A DNA stretch of 64,000 bases, taken from an uncultured virus (IMG/VR IMGVR_UViG_3300012352_000177) (lineage: Duplodnaviria; Heunggongvirae; Uroviricota; Caudoviricetes; Crassvirales). The stretch is from IMG/VR virus record IMGVR_UViG_3300012352_000177; one strand, 5' to 3'. How positions within the stretch are numbered: position 1 is the first letter of the stretch; every line of letters starts with the position of its first letter. Under the pieces are notes generated by a model, which was not told the DNA's origin, searched no databases, and saw nothing but the letters and a program-made list of their open reading frames with translations. Below are positions 26,020 to 35,895 of this stretch, one piece after another. The translations under genes and the position numbers were made by a program.

Positions 26020-28243
26020 ACTATACCGTATAGTTAAAGGTCACGTACCTTCTAAGGTAATGAGTCGTAAGAATAACGGCCGTACATGGGTATATGGGTA
26101 TAACGAGGAGTACGACATGGTTATCATCTCAAAGACCGGACAGGTTGGTGAGGTAATTAACATCTCAGGACTAAACATAGGCCTACCAATTGCACCTAAT
26201 GATTGCATCAAGAGAAGCGATACATCAAGAGAGCAGTATTGGGAGAGAAAGGACCTTCCTAAGGAGTTAAGTAGGATACAGTCTATATTCCATTGGAATG
26301 ATATGCCGTCTGAGTTTAAGAACAGATGGGTAGACTTTATTGAAAGAGAATTTGATTACAGGGACCAAGGTTGTTGGTTCATGAACAACGGAGTCCCAAC
26401 ATACATTACCGGCTCTCACTATATGTATTTACAATGGTCGAGTATTGATGTTGGGTACCCCGATTACCGAGAAGCAAATAGAATATTCTTTATATATTGG
26501 GAAGCAGCTCGTGCTGATAACAGATCATTTGGAATGGTCTACTTAAAGATCAGACGTTCAGGTTTCTCCTATATGTCATCATCTGAGTGTGTTAACATAG
26601 GGACTCTTGCAAAAGATGCAAGGGTTGGTATCCTATCTAAGACGGGAGCCGATGCTAAGAAGATGTTTACGGATAAGGTTGTTCCGATTAACAGCAGGCT
26701 TCCTTTCTTCTTTAGACCGATAATGGATGGTATGGATAAGCCTAAGACAGAGCTTGCCTACCGTATCCCGGCTGCAAAGATCACAAAGAAGAATATGCAT
26801 GACATTGATGACAATGAGATTCAAGGGTTAGATACAACGATAGATTGGAAGAACACAGAAGAGAACTCCTATGATGGTGAGAAGCTATTATTCTTAGCTC
26901 ATGATGAGAGTGCTAAGTGGGTTAAGCCAAATAATATCCTAAACAATTGGCGTGTAACAAAGACGTGTTTGCGTTTGGGATCAAAGATCATTGGTAAGTG
27001 TATGATGGGATCAACATCCAATGCGTTAAGCAAGGGTGGTGAGAACTACAAAAAGCTATACGAGGACTCTCGTGTAAGCACACGTAATGCCAATGGGCAG
27101 ACTAAGTCAGGACTATACTCACTATTCATTCCTATGGAATGGAATATGGAGGGATTCATAGACATCTATGGTATGCCTGTATTCAGAAAGCCAATGGATA
27201 AGGTTAGAGGTGTAGACGGTTTATGGATTACTAACGGAGCTATAGACTATTGGGAGGCAGAGGTTGAGTCGTTAAAGAACGACCCGGATGCACTCAATGA
27301 GTTCTACCGTCAGTTCCCTCGAACAGAGTCACACGCGTTTAGGGATGAGAGTAAGTCATCACTATTTAACCTGACAAAGATATACCAACAGATTGACTAC
27401 AATGATTCATTAATTGAACAGCATTACTTAACGAGAGGTTCTTTCCATTGGAAGGATGGCATTAAGGATACTAAGGTTATATGGACACCGGATCCAAGAG
27501 GCAGGTTCTTAGTTAGTTGGTTGCCTGCTCAAAGATTACAGAACAGGTATAGTGAGCGCGGAGGTGTAAGGTACCCTGCAAATGAGCACATTGGTTCGTT
27601 CGGATGTGACTCCTACGATATCTCAGCGGTAGTAGATGGACGTGGGTCAAACGGTGCACTGCATGGGATGACTAAGTTTCATATGGATGATGCTCCAACT
27701 AACGAGTTCTTCTTAGAGTACGTAGCTCGTCCACAGACAGCAGAGATATTCTTTGAGGAGGTATTGATGGCGTGTGTATTCTATGGTATGCCAATCTTAA
27801 TTGAGAACAATAAGCCAAGGCTATTGTATCACTTTAAGAATAGAGGCTATAGAGGCTTTTGTTTAAGCAGACCCGATAAGCACTCATCTAAGCTCTCTAA
27901 GACCGAAAGAGAACTCGGAGGCATACCTAACTCATCTGAGGACGTTAGACAGTCTCACGCGTCAGCTATTGAAGCCTACATAGAGAAGTATGTGGGATAT
28001 GATTCTACAGGAGAGTATAGAGATTCAGATCAGATTGGTAATATGCCATTCACAAGGACACTAAATGATTGGGCCCGATTTAACTACGATGACCGTACTA
28101 AATTCGATGCCTCTATTAGCTCAGGGTTGGCTATTATGGCCAATCAGAAGCACTTATATGTGCCGGAGAAAAAAGAATCAAAAATAAGCATTAAATTTGC
28201 AAGATATAGTAACAAAGGACACAATAGTGAATTGATTCAATGA
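25961..28243 (+). CDS. terL: terminase large subunit
   Basis: KIRRSGFS Walker A, LAHDE Walker B, MGST, GCDSYD and IENN nuclease motifs. Confidence 0.9.
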   Translation: MAHQKQIQNKDLQNVEQENKLYRIVKGHVPSKVMSRKNNGRTWVYGYNEEYDMVIISKTGQVGEVINISGLNIGLPIAPNDCIKRSDTSREQYWERKDLPKELSRIQSIFHWNDMPSEFKNRWVDFIEREFDYRDQGCWFMNNGVPTYITGSHYMYLQWSSIDVGYPDYREANRIFFIYWEAARADNRSFGMVYLKIRRSGFSYMSSSECVNIGTLAKDARVGILSKTGADAKKMFTDKVVPINSRLPFFFRPIMDGMDKPKTELAYRIPAAKITKKNMHDIDDNEIQGLDTTIDWKNTEENSYDGEKLLFLAHDESAKWVKPNNILNNWRVTKTCLRLGSKIIGKCMMGSTSNALSKGGENYKKLYEDSRVSTRNANGQTKSGLYSLFIPMEWNMEGFIDIYGMPVFRKPMDKVRGVDGLWITNGAIDYWEAEVESLKNDPDALNEFYRQFPRTESHAFRDESKSSLFNLTKIYQQIDYNDSLIEQHYLTRGSFHWKDGIKDTKVIWTPDPRGRFLVSWLPAQRLQNRYSERGGVRYPANEHIGSFGCDSYDISAVVDGRGSNGALHGMTKFHMDDAPTNEFFLEYVARPQTAEIFFEEVLMACVFYGMPILIENNKPRLLYHFKNRGYRGFCLSRPDKHSSKLSKTERELGGIPNSSEDVRQSHASAIEAYIEKYVGYDSTGEYRDSDQIGNMPFTRTLNDWARFNYDDRTKFDASISSGLAIMANQKHLYVPEKKESKISIKFARYSNKGHNSELIQ

Positions 28244-30678
28244 AAGAAGTACAAATAAACATATCGTCCACCGCGTTTCCGAGCCAATTCGTGCCGGACT
28301 CTGTAAAGGAAACATTTGAGTTCGGCCTTCAGATAGGTCAGGCTATTCAATATGAATGGTTCCGTAAGGATGGAAATCAGCAATGTAGATACTATGGTCA
28401 GTGGAGAGACTACCATAGACTAAGATTATACGCACGTGGCGAGCAGTCTGTTGCTAAGTATAAGAATGAGTTAGCTATTGATGGCGACCTATCTTATCTT
28501 AACTTAGATTGGACACCTGTACCTGTGCTTCCAAAGTTTGTTGACATCGTTGTAAACGGTATGTCCGATCGTATGTTTAAGGTTAAGGCGTATGCACAAG
28601 ATGCTATGTCCCAAGCTAAGAGAAGTAAGTATCAGGATCTAATTGAAGGTCAGATGGTTGCAAAACCTGTACTTGAGAAGATTCAAGAGAAGACAGGTAT
28701 TGATCCATTTATGATGGACCCGGCTCAATTGCCTCAGACAGATGAGGAGCTATCATTGTATATGCAGCTTAACTATAAGCCTGCAATCGAGATAGCTGAA
28801 GAGGAGGCAATCAATACAATCCTTGACGAGAACCATTATATGGATCTTAGAAAGAGAGTTGATTATGACATTACTGTATTAGGTATTGGTGTAATGAAAC
28901 ATCAGTTCCTTGCAGGTTCAGGTATTCAGTTAGACTACGTTGACCCGGCAAATATTGTATATAGCTATACAGAGGATCCTTACTTTAAGGATTGTTTCTA
29001 TTGGGGAGAGATTAAGACAATTCCAATTACAGAGCTATTAAAGATTGACCCTTCATTAACTAACGAACAATTACAAGAGATTTCTCAGTACAGTCAATCA
29101 TGGTATAACTACTTTAACGTAGCTCAGTACTATGAGAACAGTATGTTCTATAGAGACACTTGTACATTACTATACTTTAACTACAAGACCACTAAGAAGA
29201 TTGTCTATAAAAAGAAGATCCTTAAGAACGGTGGTACTCGAATGATTGAGAAAGATGATAACTTCAATCCACCTGTACAAATGATGGAGGAAGAAAAGTT
29301 CGAGAAAGTAGAAAAAACAATTGACGTTTGGTATGATGGTGTTATGGTTATGGGTACCAACATCATGTTGAAGTGGGAGATGTCCAAGAATATGGTACGT
29401 CCTAAGTCATCAAGCCAACACGCATTACCAAACTATATCGCTTGTGCACCACGTATGTACAAGGGAGTTGTTGAGTCATTAGTTCGTAGAATGATTCCAT
29501 TCGCTGACTTGATTCAGATCACTCACTTGAAACTACAACAGGTAATCGCAAGAACAGTTCCGGACGGTGTATTCATCGATGCAGATGGATTGAACGAGGT
29601 AGACTTAGGTACAGGTCAAGCTTACAACCCTGAGGATGCATTACGTCTATACTTCCAAACGGGTAGTGTAATTGGACGTAGCTACACTCAAGATGGTGAG
29701 TTCAATAACGCACGTGTTCCAATCCAACAGCTTACATCTAACTCAGGTGCAAGCAAGACGCAGATGCTTATCGCTAACTACAATCACTACCTAGGCATGA
29801 TTCGTGACGTTACAGGACTTAACGAAGCTCGTGATGGGTCTATGCCTGATCCTAACGCTTTAGTTGGTCTACAGAAGCTTGCTGCGCTTAACTCAAATAC
29901 AGCTACACGTCATATCTTAGACAGTAGCCTTTATATCTTTAGATCATTAGCAGAGGCTCTTACTTATAGAGTTGCTGACGTATTAGAGTACGCAGACTTT
30001 AAAGATGACTTTGCAAATAAGATTGGTAAGTATAACGTGTCATTATTAAATGACATTAAGGACCTATACATCTACGACTTTGGTATCTTTATTGAAGTAT
30101 CTCCGGATGAAGAGCAGAAAGCTCAACTTGAACAAAACATTCAGATGGCTTTATCTAAAGGAGATATTAACCTTGAAGACGCTATCGATATTCGTGAGAT
30201 TAAGAACTTGAAACTAGCAAACCAATTGCTTAAACTTAAGAGAACTAAGAAGCAGGAGAGAGAAGAGAAGATGGCTATGCAACAGCAAGCTATCACAGCT
30301 CAACAACAGCTTCAGTCTCAACAAATGGCAGCTCAGACAGCTATGCAAAGTATTCAAGCAGAGACTCAATCCAAGATTGCAATCAAACAAGCAGAGGTTG
30401 CATTTGATATTCAGAAGATGGAGAAAGAAGCTGAGTACAAGAAAATGCTTATGGCTGAAGAGTTTAACTATAGTATGCAGGTTCAAGGTATGACTCAAAG
30501 TCAAATTGACAAAAGAGAGAAGGAAAAAGAAGATGCTAAATCTAAAAGGATTAGTCAGCAAAATACAGAGCAATCTAAGTTAATTAATCAACGTAAAAAT
30601 AATTTACCTCCTCAAAGTTTTGAGTCAAACGAGGATTCCCTTGATGGCTTTGACATGGCAGAATTTGAGCCGAGATAA
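28240..30678 (+). CDS. portal protein
   Basis: 812 aa after terL; IRDVTGLNEARDG; Gln-rich C-terminal coiled coil. Confidence 0.85.
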   Translation: MKEVQINISSTAFPSQFVPDSVKETFEFGLQIGQAIQYEWFRKDGNQQCRYYGQWRDYHRLRLYARGEQSVAKYKNELAIDGDLSYLNLDWTPVPVLPKFVDIVVNGMSDRMFKVKAYAQDAMSQAKRSKYQDLIEGQMVAKPVLEKIQEKTGIDPFMMDPAQLPQTDEELSLYMQLNYKPAIEIAEEEAINTILDENHYMDLRKRVDYDITVLGIGVMKHQFLAGSGIQLDYVDPANIVYSYTEDPYFKDCFYWGEIKTIPITELLKIDPSLTNEQLQEISQYSQSWYNYFNVAQYYENSMFYRDTCTLLYFNYKTTKKIVYKKKILKNGGTRMIEKDDNFNPPVQMMEEEKFEKVEKTIDVWYDGVMVMGTNIMLKWEMSKNMVRPKSSSQHALPNYIACAPRMYKGVVESLVRRMIPFADLIQITHLKLQQVIARTVPDGVFIDADGLNEVDLGTGQAYNPEDALRLYFQTGSVIGRSYTQDGEFNNARVPIQQLTSNSGASKTQMLIANYNHYLGMIRDVTGLNEARDGSMPDPNALVGLQKLAALNSNTATRHILDSSLYIFRSLAEALTYRVADVLEYADFKDDFANKIGKYNVSLLNDIKDLYIYDFGIFIEVSPDEEQKAQLEQNIQMALSKGDINLEDAIDIREIKNLKLANQLLKLKRTKKQEREEKMAMQQQAITAQQQLQSQQMAAQTAMQSIQAETQSKIAIKQAEVAFDIQKMEKEAEYKKMLMAEEFNYSMQVQGMTQSQIDKREKEKEDAKSKRISQQNTEQSKLINQRKNNLPPQSFESNEDSLDGFDMAEFEPR

Positions 30679-30721
30679 ATTATAAAAAAAATGTATAAAT
30701 TTGTAATCTAAATTAAATCTA

Positions 30722-31849
30722 ATGGAAATTAAAGTAAAGGAAGTAGAATTCACTGAATCAAAGAGTGTACAAGAAATTGAGCGAGAGCTTCATGAGCAAC
30801 ATGAGCAAATGCTTAACGGAGAATTAGAGGTTAACAATGAGCCGGTTATCAACACAGGCGATATGGTTGTTGACAATCAAGCACCGATTGTAAACGAAAG
30901 AGAAGATGATAGTGAAGAGGAACTTTCAGAAGAAAAAGTTCTTTCATATTTGGGAAAAAGATACGGCAAAGAAATCAATTCATTTGATGACTTAGTTCAG
31001 GAACGAGCTGATTCTGAAGAGATGGATGAGGAGATTGCTACGTATTTAAAATATAAGAAGGAGACAGGTAGAGGATTCGAAGACTTTAAGCAGTTAACTA
31101 AAGACTACGATTCAATGGATTCTGATCAACTTCTTAGAGCTTACCTATCTGCTACGCAGGAAGGTCTTGACGATGATGATATCGATGTTCTTATGGAGGA
31201 GTATTCCTACGATGAGGACTTTGATGATGAGTCAGACATCAAGAAAATTAAGCTCAAAATGAAAAAGTCTGTAAATGAGGCGAAGAAATTCTTCAATCAG
31301 CAGAAAGAAAAATACAGAGTACCGCTTGAGTCAAGTAGGTCTTCTATTTCTGAAACTGATAGAGAAGAGTATGAGTCTTATAAACAGTATATACAATCAG
31401 CTAAGAATCAACAGGAGGAAAGCGAGCGTAAAAGTAAGTGGTTCGAACAAAAGACAGATGAGGTCTTTGGTGGAGAGTTCAAAGGTTTTGAGTTCAATGT
31501 CGGAGAGAAAAATATCACATTTGCACCGGGCGATGCCGCTGAACTGAAAAAGTTACAGTCGAATCCATACAACTTCATTACGAAGTATTTGGATGAGGAT
31601 GGAATGATGAAGGACGCAGCAGGATACCATAGGTCATTAGCAATGGCATTAAACCCTGAGAAGTTTGCTAAGTTCTTTTATGAGCAAGGTCAAGCAGATG
31701 CTACAGATGATGTGACGCGTAAGATTAAAAACATTAATATGTCTGAACGTCAAGCACCTGTCAGTGTTTCTAAGGGGGAGATGAAAGTAAAGGCTGTTAA
31801 TCCTGATTCCGGAAGGGGACTCAAGATTCGCAGTATTAAAAATGTTTAA
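30722..31849 (+). CDS. scaffolding protein
   Basis: very acidic helical protein between portal and capsid; TAAATTTG at 30696-30703. Confidence 0.7.
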   Translation: MEIKVKEVEFTESKSVQEIERELHEQHEQMLNGELEVNNEPVINTGDMVVDNQAPIVNEREDDSEEELSEEKVLSYLGKRYGKEINSFDDLVQERADSEEMDEEIATYLKYKKETGRGFEDFKQLTKDYDSMDSDQLLRAYLSATQEGLDDDDIDVLMEEYSYDEDFDDESDIKKIKLKMKKSVNEAKKFFNQQKEKYRVPLESSRSSISETDREEYESYKQYIQSAKNQQEESERKSKWFEQKTDEVFGGEFKGFEFNVGEKNITFAPGDAAELKKLQSNPYNFITKYLDEDGMMKDAAGYHRSLAMALNPEKFAKFFYEQGQADATDDVTRKIKNINMSERQAPVSVSKGEMKVKAVNPDSGRGLKIRSIKNV

Positions 31850-31868
31850 CTTTTAAAAATTAGAAAAA

Positions 31869-33308
31869 ATGGCTTTAAATTCAGTGCCAAATTACGCGTT
31901 GCAGCCGAATGCGCAACAAGTAGCATTATCAACAAATTACATCACGAACTTTGATTTCTTGAATCAGTATCTTCCTGATACATACGAGAAAGAGTTCGAG
32001 CGTTACGGAAACCGTACAGTTGCATCTTTCTTACGTATGGTAGGAGCAGAGATGCCGTCTAACTCTGACATGATCAAATGGGCAGAGCAAGGTCGTTTGC
32101 ATACTAAGTATGTTAACTGTGATTCAGATTCAGCAGCAGGTTCAGATACAGCAGTAATTACTGTAAATGACGTTCTTATCCCATCTGCATCAGGTAAACC
32201 AATCGCTATCCGTCCGGGACAAACTGTATCTATCTCTGCTAACGTAAGTGGTGCTTCCAACAAAGGAATCGTTACTGCAGTTGATACAACTTTGGGAACA
32301 TTCAACGTAGCTTACTACGAAGGAGCAGGACAAGCATTTTCAGGTACAGACGTATTGACTGTTTGGATCTACGGTTCTGAGTTCCGTAAAGGAACAAATG
32401 GTATGGTTGGTTCATTAGAATCTGACGATATCTTCTTCGATAACTCTCCAATCATCATCAAAGATAAGTACTCTGTATCAGGTTCTGATATGGCGCAAAT
32501 CGGATGGGTTGAGATCGAAACAGAAAACGGAGCATCAGGATACCTTTGGTACTTGAAATCTGAGCACGAAACTCGTTTACGTTTTGAGGATTACTTAGAG
32601 ACAGCTATGATTGAAGCAGTTCCTGCTGAAACAGCTTCAGGTGCAGCTACACAAACAGCTAACACTCAAGTTGGTAACAAAGGATCTGAAGGAGTATTCT
32701 ATGTAGTAAACAACCGCGGAAACGTATGGGGTGGTGGTAACCCAACTACATTGGCTGACTACGATACAATCATTACACGTTTGGACAAACAAGGATCTAT
32801 CGAAGAGAACGTATTGTTCTTGAACCGTGAGTTCAGTTTAGATGTTGATGATATGTTAGCAGCACAAAACTCTTACGGAGCAGGTGGTACTTCTTATGGT
32901 TTGTTTGATAACGATAAAGACATGGCGTTGAACTTAGGGTTCACAGGATTCCGTCGTGGTTCTTACGATTTCTACAAAACAGATTGGAAATACTTAAACG
33001 ATCCAACAATGCGTGGTGGTCTTCCAACAGGTGCGTCTGCAACAGGTACAGTAACAGGTTTATTGGTTCCTGCAGGTTCAACAACTGTATACGATCAAAT
33101 CATGGGTCAAAACGCGAAACGTCCGTTCTTACACGTTCGTTACCGTACAGTTAACGCTGAAGACCGTCGTTACAAAACTTGGATTACAGGTTCTGCCGGT
33201 GGTGCACAAACTAGCGACTTAGATGCTATGGAGGTAAACTTCTTGTCTGAGCGTTGTGTATGTACACTTGGAGCGAATAACTTCGTATTGTTCCGTTACG
33301 GAGCATAA
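31869..33308 (+). CDS. major capsid protein
   Basis: strongest codon bias; 479 aa after scaffold and before a terminator; WAEQGRLH. Confidence 0.85.
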   Translation: MALNSVPNYALQPNAQQVALSTNYITNFDFLNQYLPDTYEKEFERYGNRTVASFLRMVGAEMPSNSDMIKWAEQGRLHTKYVNCDSDSAAGSDTAVITVNDVLIPSASGKPIAIRPGQTVSISANVSGASNKGIVTAVDTTLGTFNVAYYEGAGQAFSGTDVLTVWIYGSEFRKGTNGMVGSLESDDIFFDNSPIIIKDKYSVSGSDMAQIGWVEIETENGASGYLWYLKSEHETRLRFEDYLETAMIEAVPAETASGAATQTANTQVGNKGSEGVFYVVNNRGNVWGGGNPTTLADYDTIITRLDKQGSIEENVLFLNREFSLDVDDMLAAQNSYGAGGTSYGLFDNDKDMALNLGFTGFRRGSYDFYKTDWKYLNDPTMRGGLPTGASATGTVTGLLVPAGSTTVYDQIMGQNAKRPFLHVRYRTVNAEDRRYKTWITGSAGGAQTSDLDAMEVNFLSERCVCTLGANNFVLFRYGA

Positions 33309-33321
33309 TAGAAACAAATAT

Positions 33322-33353
33322 GAGGGGGACAGCAATGTCCCTCTCTATTTTTT
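33322..33353 (+). terminator. intrinsic terminator
   Basis: GAGGGGGACA-GCAA-TGTCCCTCTC plus T-rich tail. Confidence 0.8.
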
Positions 33354-33375
33354 ATTTACAATTTAATTATATCAA

Positions 33376-34137
33376 ATGAAAATACAAAGCACAAGACCTG
33401 CAACTGCAGATAAGGTCTATAAACTAAAAAATGACGCTGCACCACTTTCTTTCACATTACCATCAAGAAGTACGAAACGATTTCAGTTACTTTGGTTTGA
33501 TGAAGAGAACAATGTAAATCGCCCATTGCGATATGCAATCAATCAAAAATCCCCATTTGAAGACGAGCAAGATGGAAATGCAATTGTAGATCAGATTGTA
33601 TTTGAAGATGGATTCTTGCACGTACCAAAAAACAATCCGGTATTACAACAGTTTCTTTACTACCACCCATTGAATGGTAAGTCCTTTGTTGAGGTTAACC
33701 ATGAGAAAGATGCAGCTGAAGAGGTTGAATGGTTATCTTTTGAGGCAGATGCTTTAATTAAAGCACGTGAGCTTTCATTAGAAGAGATTGAGTTGATGAC
33801 ACGAGTATTATTCAATAGAGACCCGTCTCGATATACAACTGCAGAGTTGAAACGAGATCTTTTAGTATACGCTAAGAGAGACCCACGTGGGTTCTTAAAT
33901 GTATTAGATGATACATCGTTACAGACTAAGTCTCATGTACGTTCATTCTTTGAAGCTAAGTTATTAGTATTTAGAAACAGTAATAAAGAGATTTGGTTTA
34001 ACACACCATCTAATAAAAAGAGAATGATGACTGTACCGTTTGGTGAAGACCCATACGAGGTAGCTACGCAATTCCTTCAAAGTGATGAAGGTATTGAATC
34101 TTTAAAGATGCTTGATAGCAATATGGAGCTACTTTAG
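33376..34137 (+). CDS. conserved hypothetical protein of the head module
   Basis: 253 aa directly after the capsid gene. Confidence 0.75.
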   Translation: MKIQSTRPATADKVYKLKNDAAPLSFTLPSRSTKRFQLLWFDEENNVNRPLRYAINQKSPFEDEQDGNAIVDQIVFEDGFLHVPKNNPVLQQFLYYHPLNGKSFVEVNHEKDAAEEVEWLSFEADALIKARELSLEEIELMTRVLFNRDPSRYTTAELKRDLLVYAKRDPRGFLNVLDDTSLQTKSHVRSFFEAKLLVFRNSNKEIWFNTPSNKKRMMTVPFGEDPYEVATQFLQSDEGIESLKMLDSNMELL

Positions 34138-34159
34138 TACGGATATATATAGAAAGGAG

Positions 34160-34197
34160 AAGGGGGATTTAGGTTCCCCTTTTTTTATTTATCTTTG
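34160..34197 (+). terminator. terminator followed by -7 box TATCTTTG (34190-34197)
   Basis: GGGGGA/TTCCCC hairpin plus T7, then promoter box. Confidence 0.7.
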
Positions 34198-34211
34198 TAA
34201 AAAGGATTATA

Positions 34212-34964
34212 ATGATAAATTCGGTTAGAAACACAGTACTATCTATACTCAATAAAAATAACTACGGTTATATCTCACCTTCAGACTTCAACTTACTTGC
34301 GTTACAAGCGCAAATGGAGATATTTGAAGAATACTTCAGTAGCTACAACAAGACCATTAACATGGAGAATGCTCGTATGGCAGGAACTGAGTATGCGAAC
34401 ATTGAGAAGAACATCTCAGAGGTATTAGAGTCATTCTTAAGAAATGACTTCTTAAATCAAGTGTCACCACTTACAAATGAGTATTACTTACCATCGTTAA
34501 CAACTACAGGGTATAGCCCTTACATGATTAGTAAGTTAACTTGCTACGATCCAAACACATCTTTAAGATTAAAGGACGCTGAGAAAGTAAACAATGGTAG
34601 GATTAATCTATTATTGGATTCACCATTAACATCACCAAGCTTAGAGTTTCCTGCTTATATCATTGAGGGAGAAAAGGTTATAGTTTATCCGGATGTAATA
34701 AACGGAGTTAACTCATTGAAGTGTTCATACTTTAGAACACCATTAGCACCTAAATGGACATACATAAACTTGTTAAATGGTGAGCCTGCATTTGACCAAA
34801 CACAACCTGACTATCAGGACTTTGAGTTACCTGTAGAGGATGAGTACAAATTGATTACAAAAATGCTTGAGTATTGTGGTGTTGTTATTCGTGAGGCTGA
34901 GGTATCTCAGTTCGGATCAGCACAACAACAACACGAGGAACCAACATTCAGTCAACAACAATAA
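34212..34964 (+). CDS. head-tail adaptor / tail ring protein
   Basis: NKNNYGYISPSDFN...AQ; YFRTPLAPKW; position. Confidence 0.65.
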   Translation: MINSVRNTVLSILNKNNYGYISPSDFNLLALQAQMEIFEEYFSSYNKTINMENARMAGTEYANIEKNISEVLESFLRNDFLNQVSPLTNEYYLPSLTTTGYSPYMISKLTCYDPNTSLRLKDAEKVNNGRINLLLDSPLTSPSLEFPAYIIEGEKVIVYPDVINGVNSLKCSYFRTPLAPKWTYINLLNGEPAFDQTQPDYQDFELPVEDEYKLITKMLEYCGVVIREAEVSQFGSAQQQHEEPTFSQQQ

Positions 34965-34970
34965 TAAGAC

Positions 34971-35894
34971 ATGGCATATATTTCACAGTATCAGTATTAT
35001 GAAAACGGGGGCAATGCTCCCGAGGATGCTAATTGGGGATCGTATCAATACGTTAGTTTAACTGAGATTGTTACAAACTTCCAATTGATGTATTCAGGAA
35101 ACCACTCGTTGGTAAACAATGAGGAGCGTTATAAGATCTTGTTCCACGCAAAGCGTGCGATTCAAGAATTGAACTACGATGCGTTTAAAGAGATTAAGGT
35201 ATTAGAGTTGGACGTATGTGAACAGCTACGTTTTGTATTGCCATCAGACTACGTGAATTGGGTTCGTATATCAATGTACAAGGACGGGTATCTATACCCT
35301 TTATCTGAGAACATTCAGACGTTATCATCAAAGGCTTACTTACAGGACAACAACTGTAGGATTTTATTTGATCAAGATGGTAATGCACTTGAGCCTCAAT
35401 TCTCTGAGATTGATTGGGAGAGAATTACTAATACAAAGAAGAGTATCTACCTTAATAAAGGAAATCAGTTTGATGGTCAAGAAGGTTACTGCTGTGATGG
35501 TAATTGGTATTTTGACCTATCAATTGGTACACGATACGGATTAAATACAGAGACTGCTAACAGAAATCCTACATTTAATATTGATAAGAAGGCAGGAGTT
35601 ATTAACTTTGATTCAGGTATGGCTAATAAGTCTTGTATACTTGAGTACGTATCAGATGGTATGGAAAACGGTGATAACTCAAAGATTACTGTAAATAAGT
35701 TATTTGAGAAGTATGTATACGCTTATATTCAGTATGAGATCCTTAGCTCTAAGCTAGGTGTTCAAGAGTACGTTATTAGTCGTGCACGCAAAGAGAAGAC
35801 AGCTCTTTGGCGCAATGCAAAAATTAGAATGAGTAATATACATCCGGGAAGACTCTTAATGAACTTGAGAGGAATGGATAAGTTCATAAAATAA
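34971..35894 (+). CDS. second tail ring / structural protein
   Basis: LPSDYVNWVRIS, ILEYVSDG; position. Confidence 0.65.
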   Translation: MAYISQYQYYENGGNAPEDANWGSYQYVSLTEIVTNFQLMYSGNHSLVNNEERYKILFHAKRAIQELNYDAFKEIKVLELDVCEQLRFVLPSDYVNWVRISMYKDGYLYPLSENIQTLSSKAYLQDNNCRILFDQDGNALEPQFSEIDWERITNTKKSIYLNKGNQFDGQEGYCCDGNWYFDLSIGTRYGLNTETANRNPTFNIDKKAGVINFDSGMANKSCILEYVSDGMENGDNSKITVNKLFEKYVYAYIQYEILSSKLGVQEYVISRARKEKTALWRNAKIRMSNIHPGRLLMNLRGMDKFIK

Positions 35895-35895
35895 T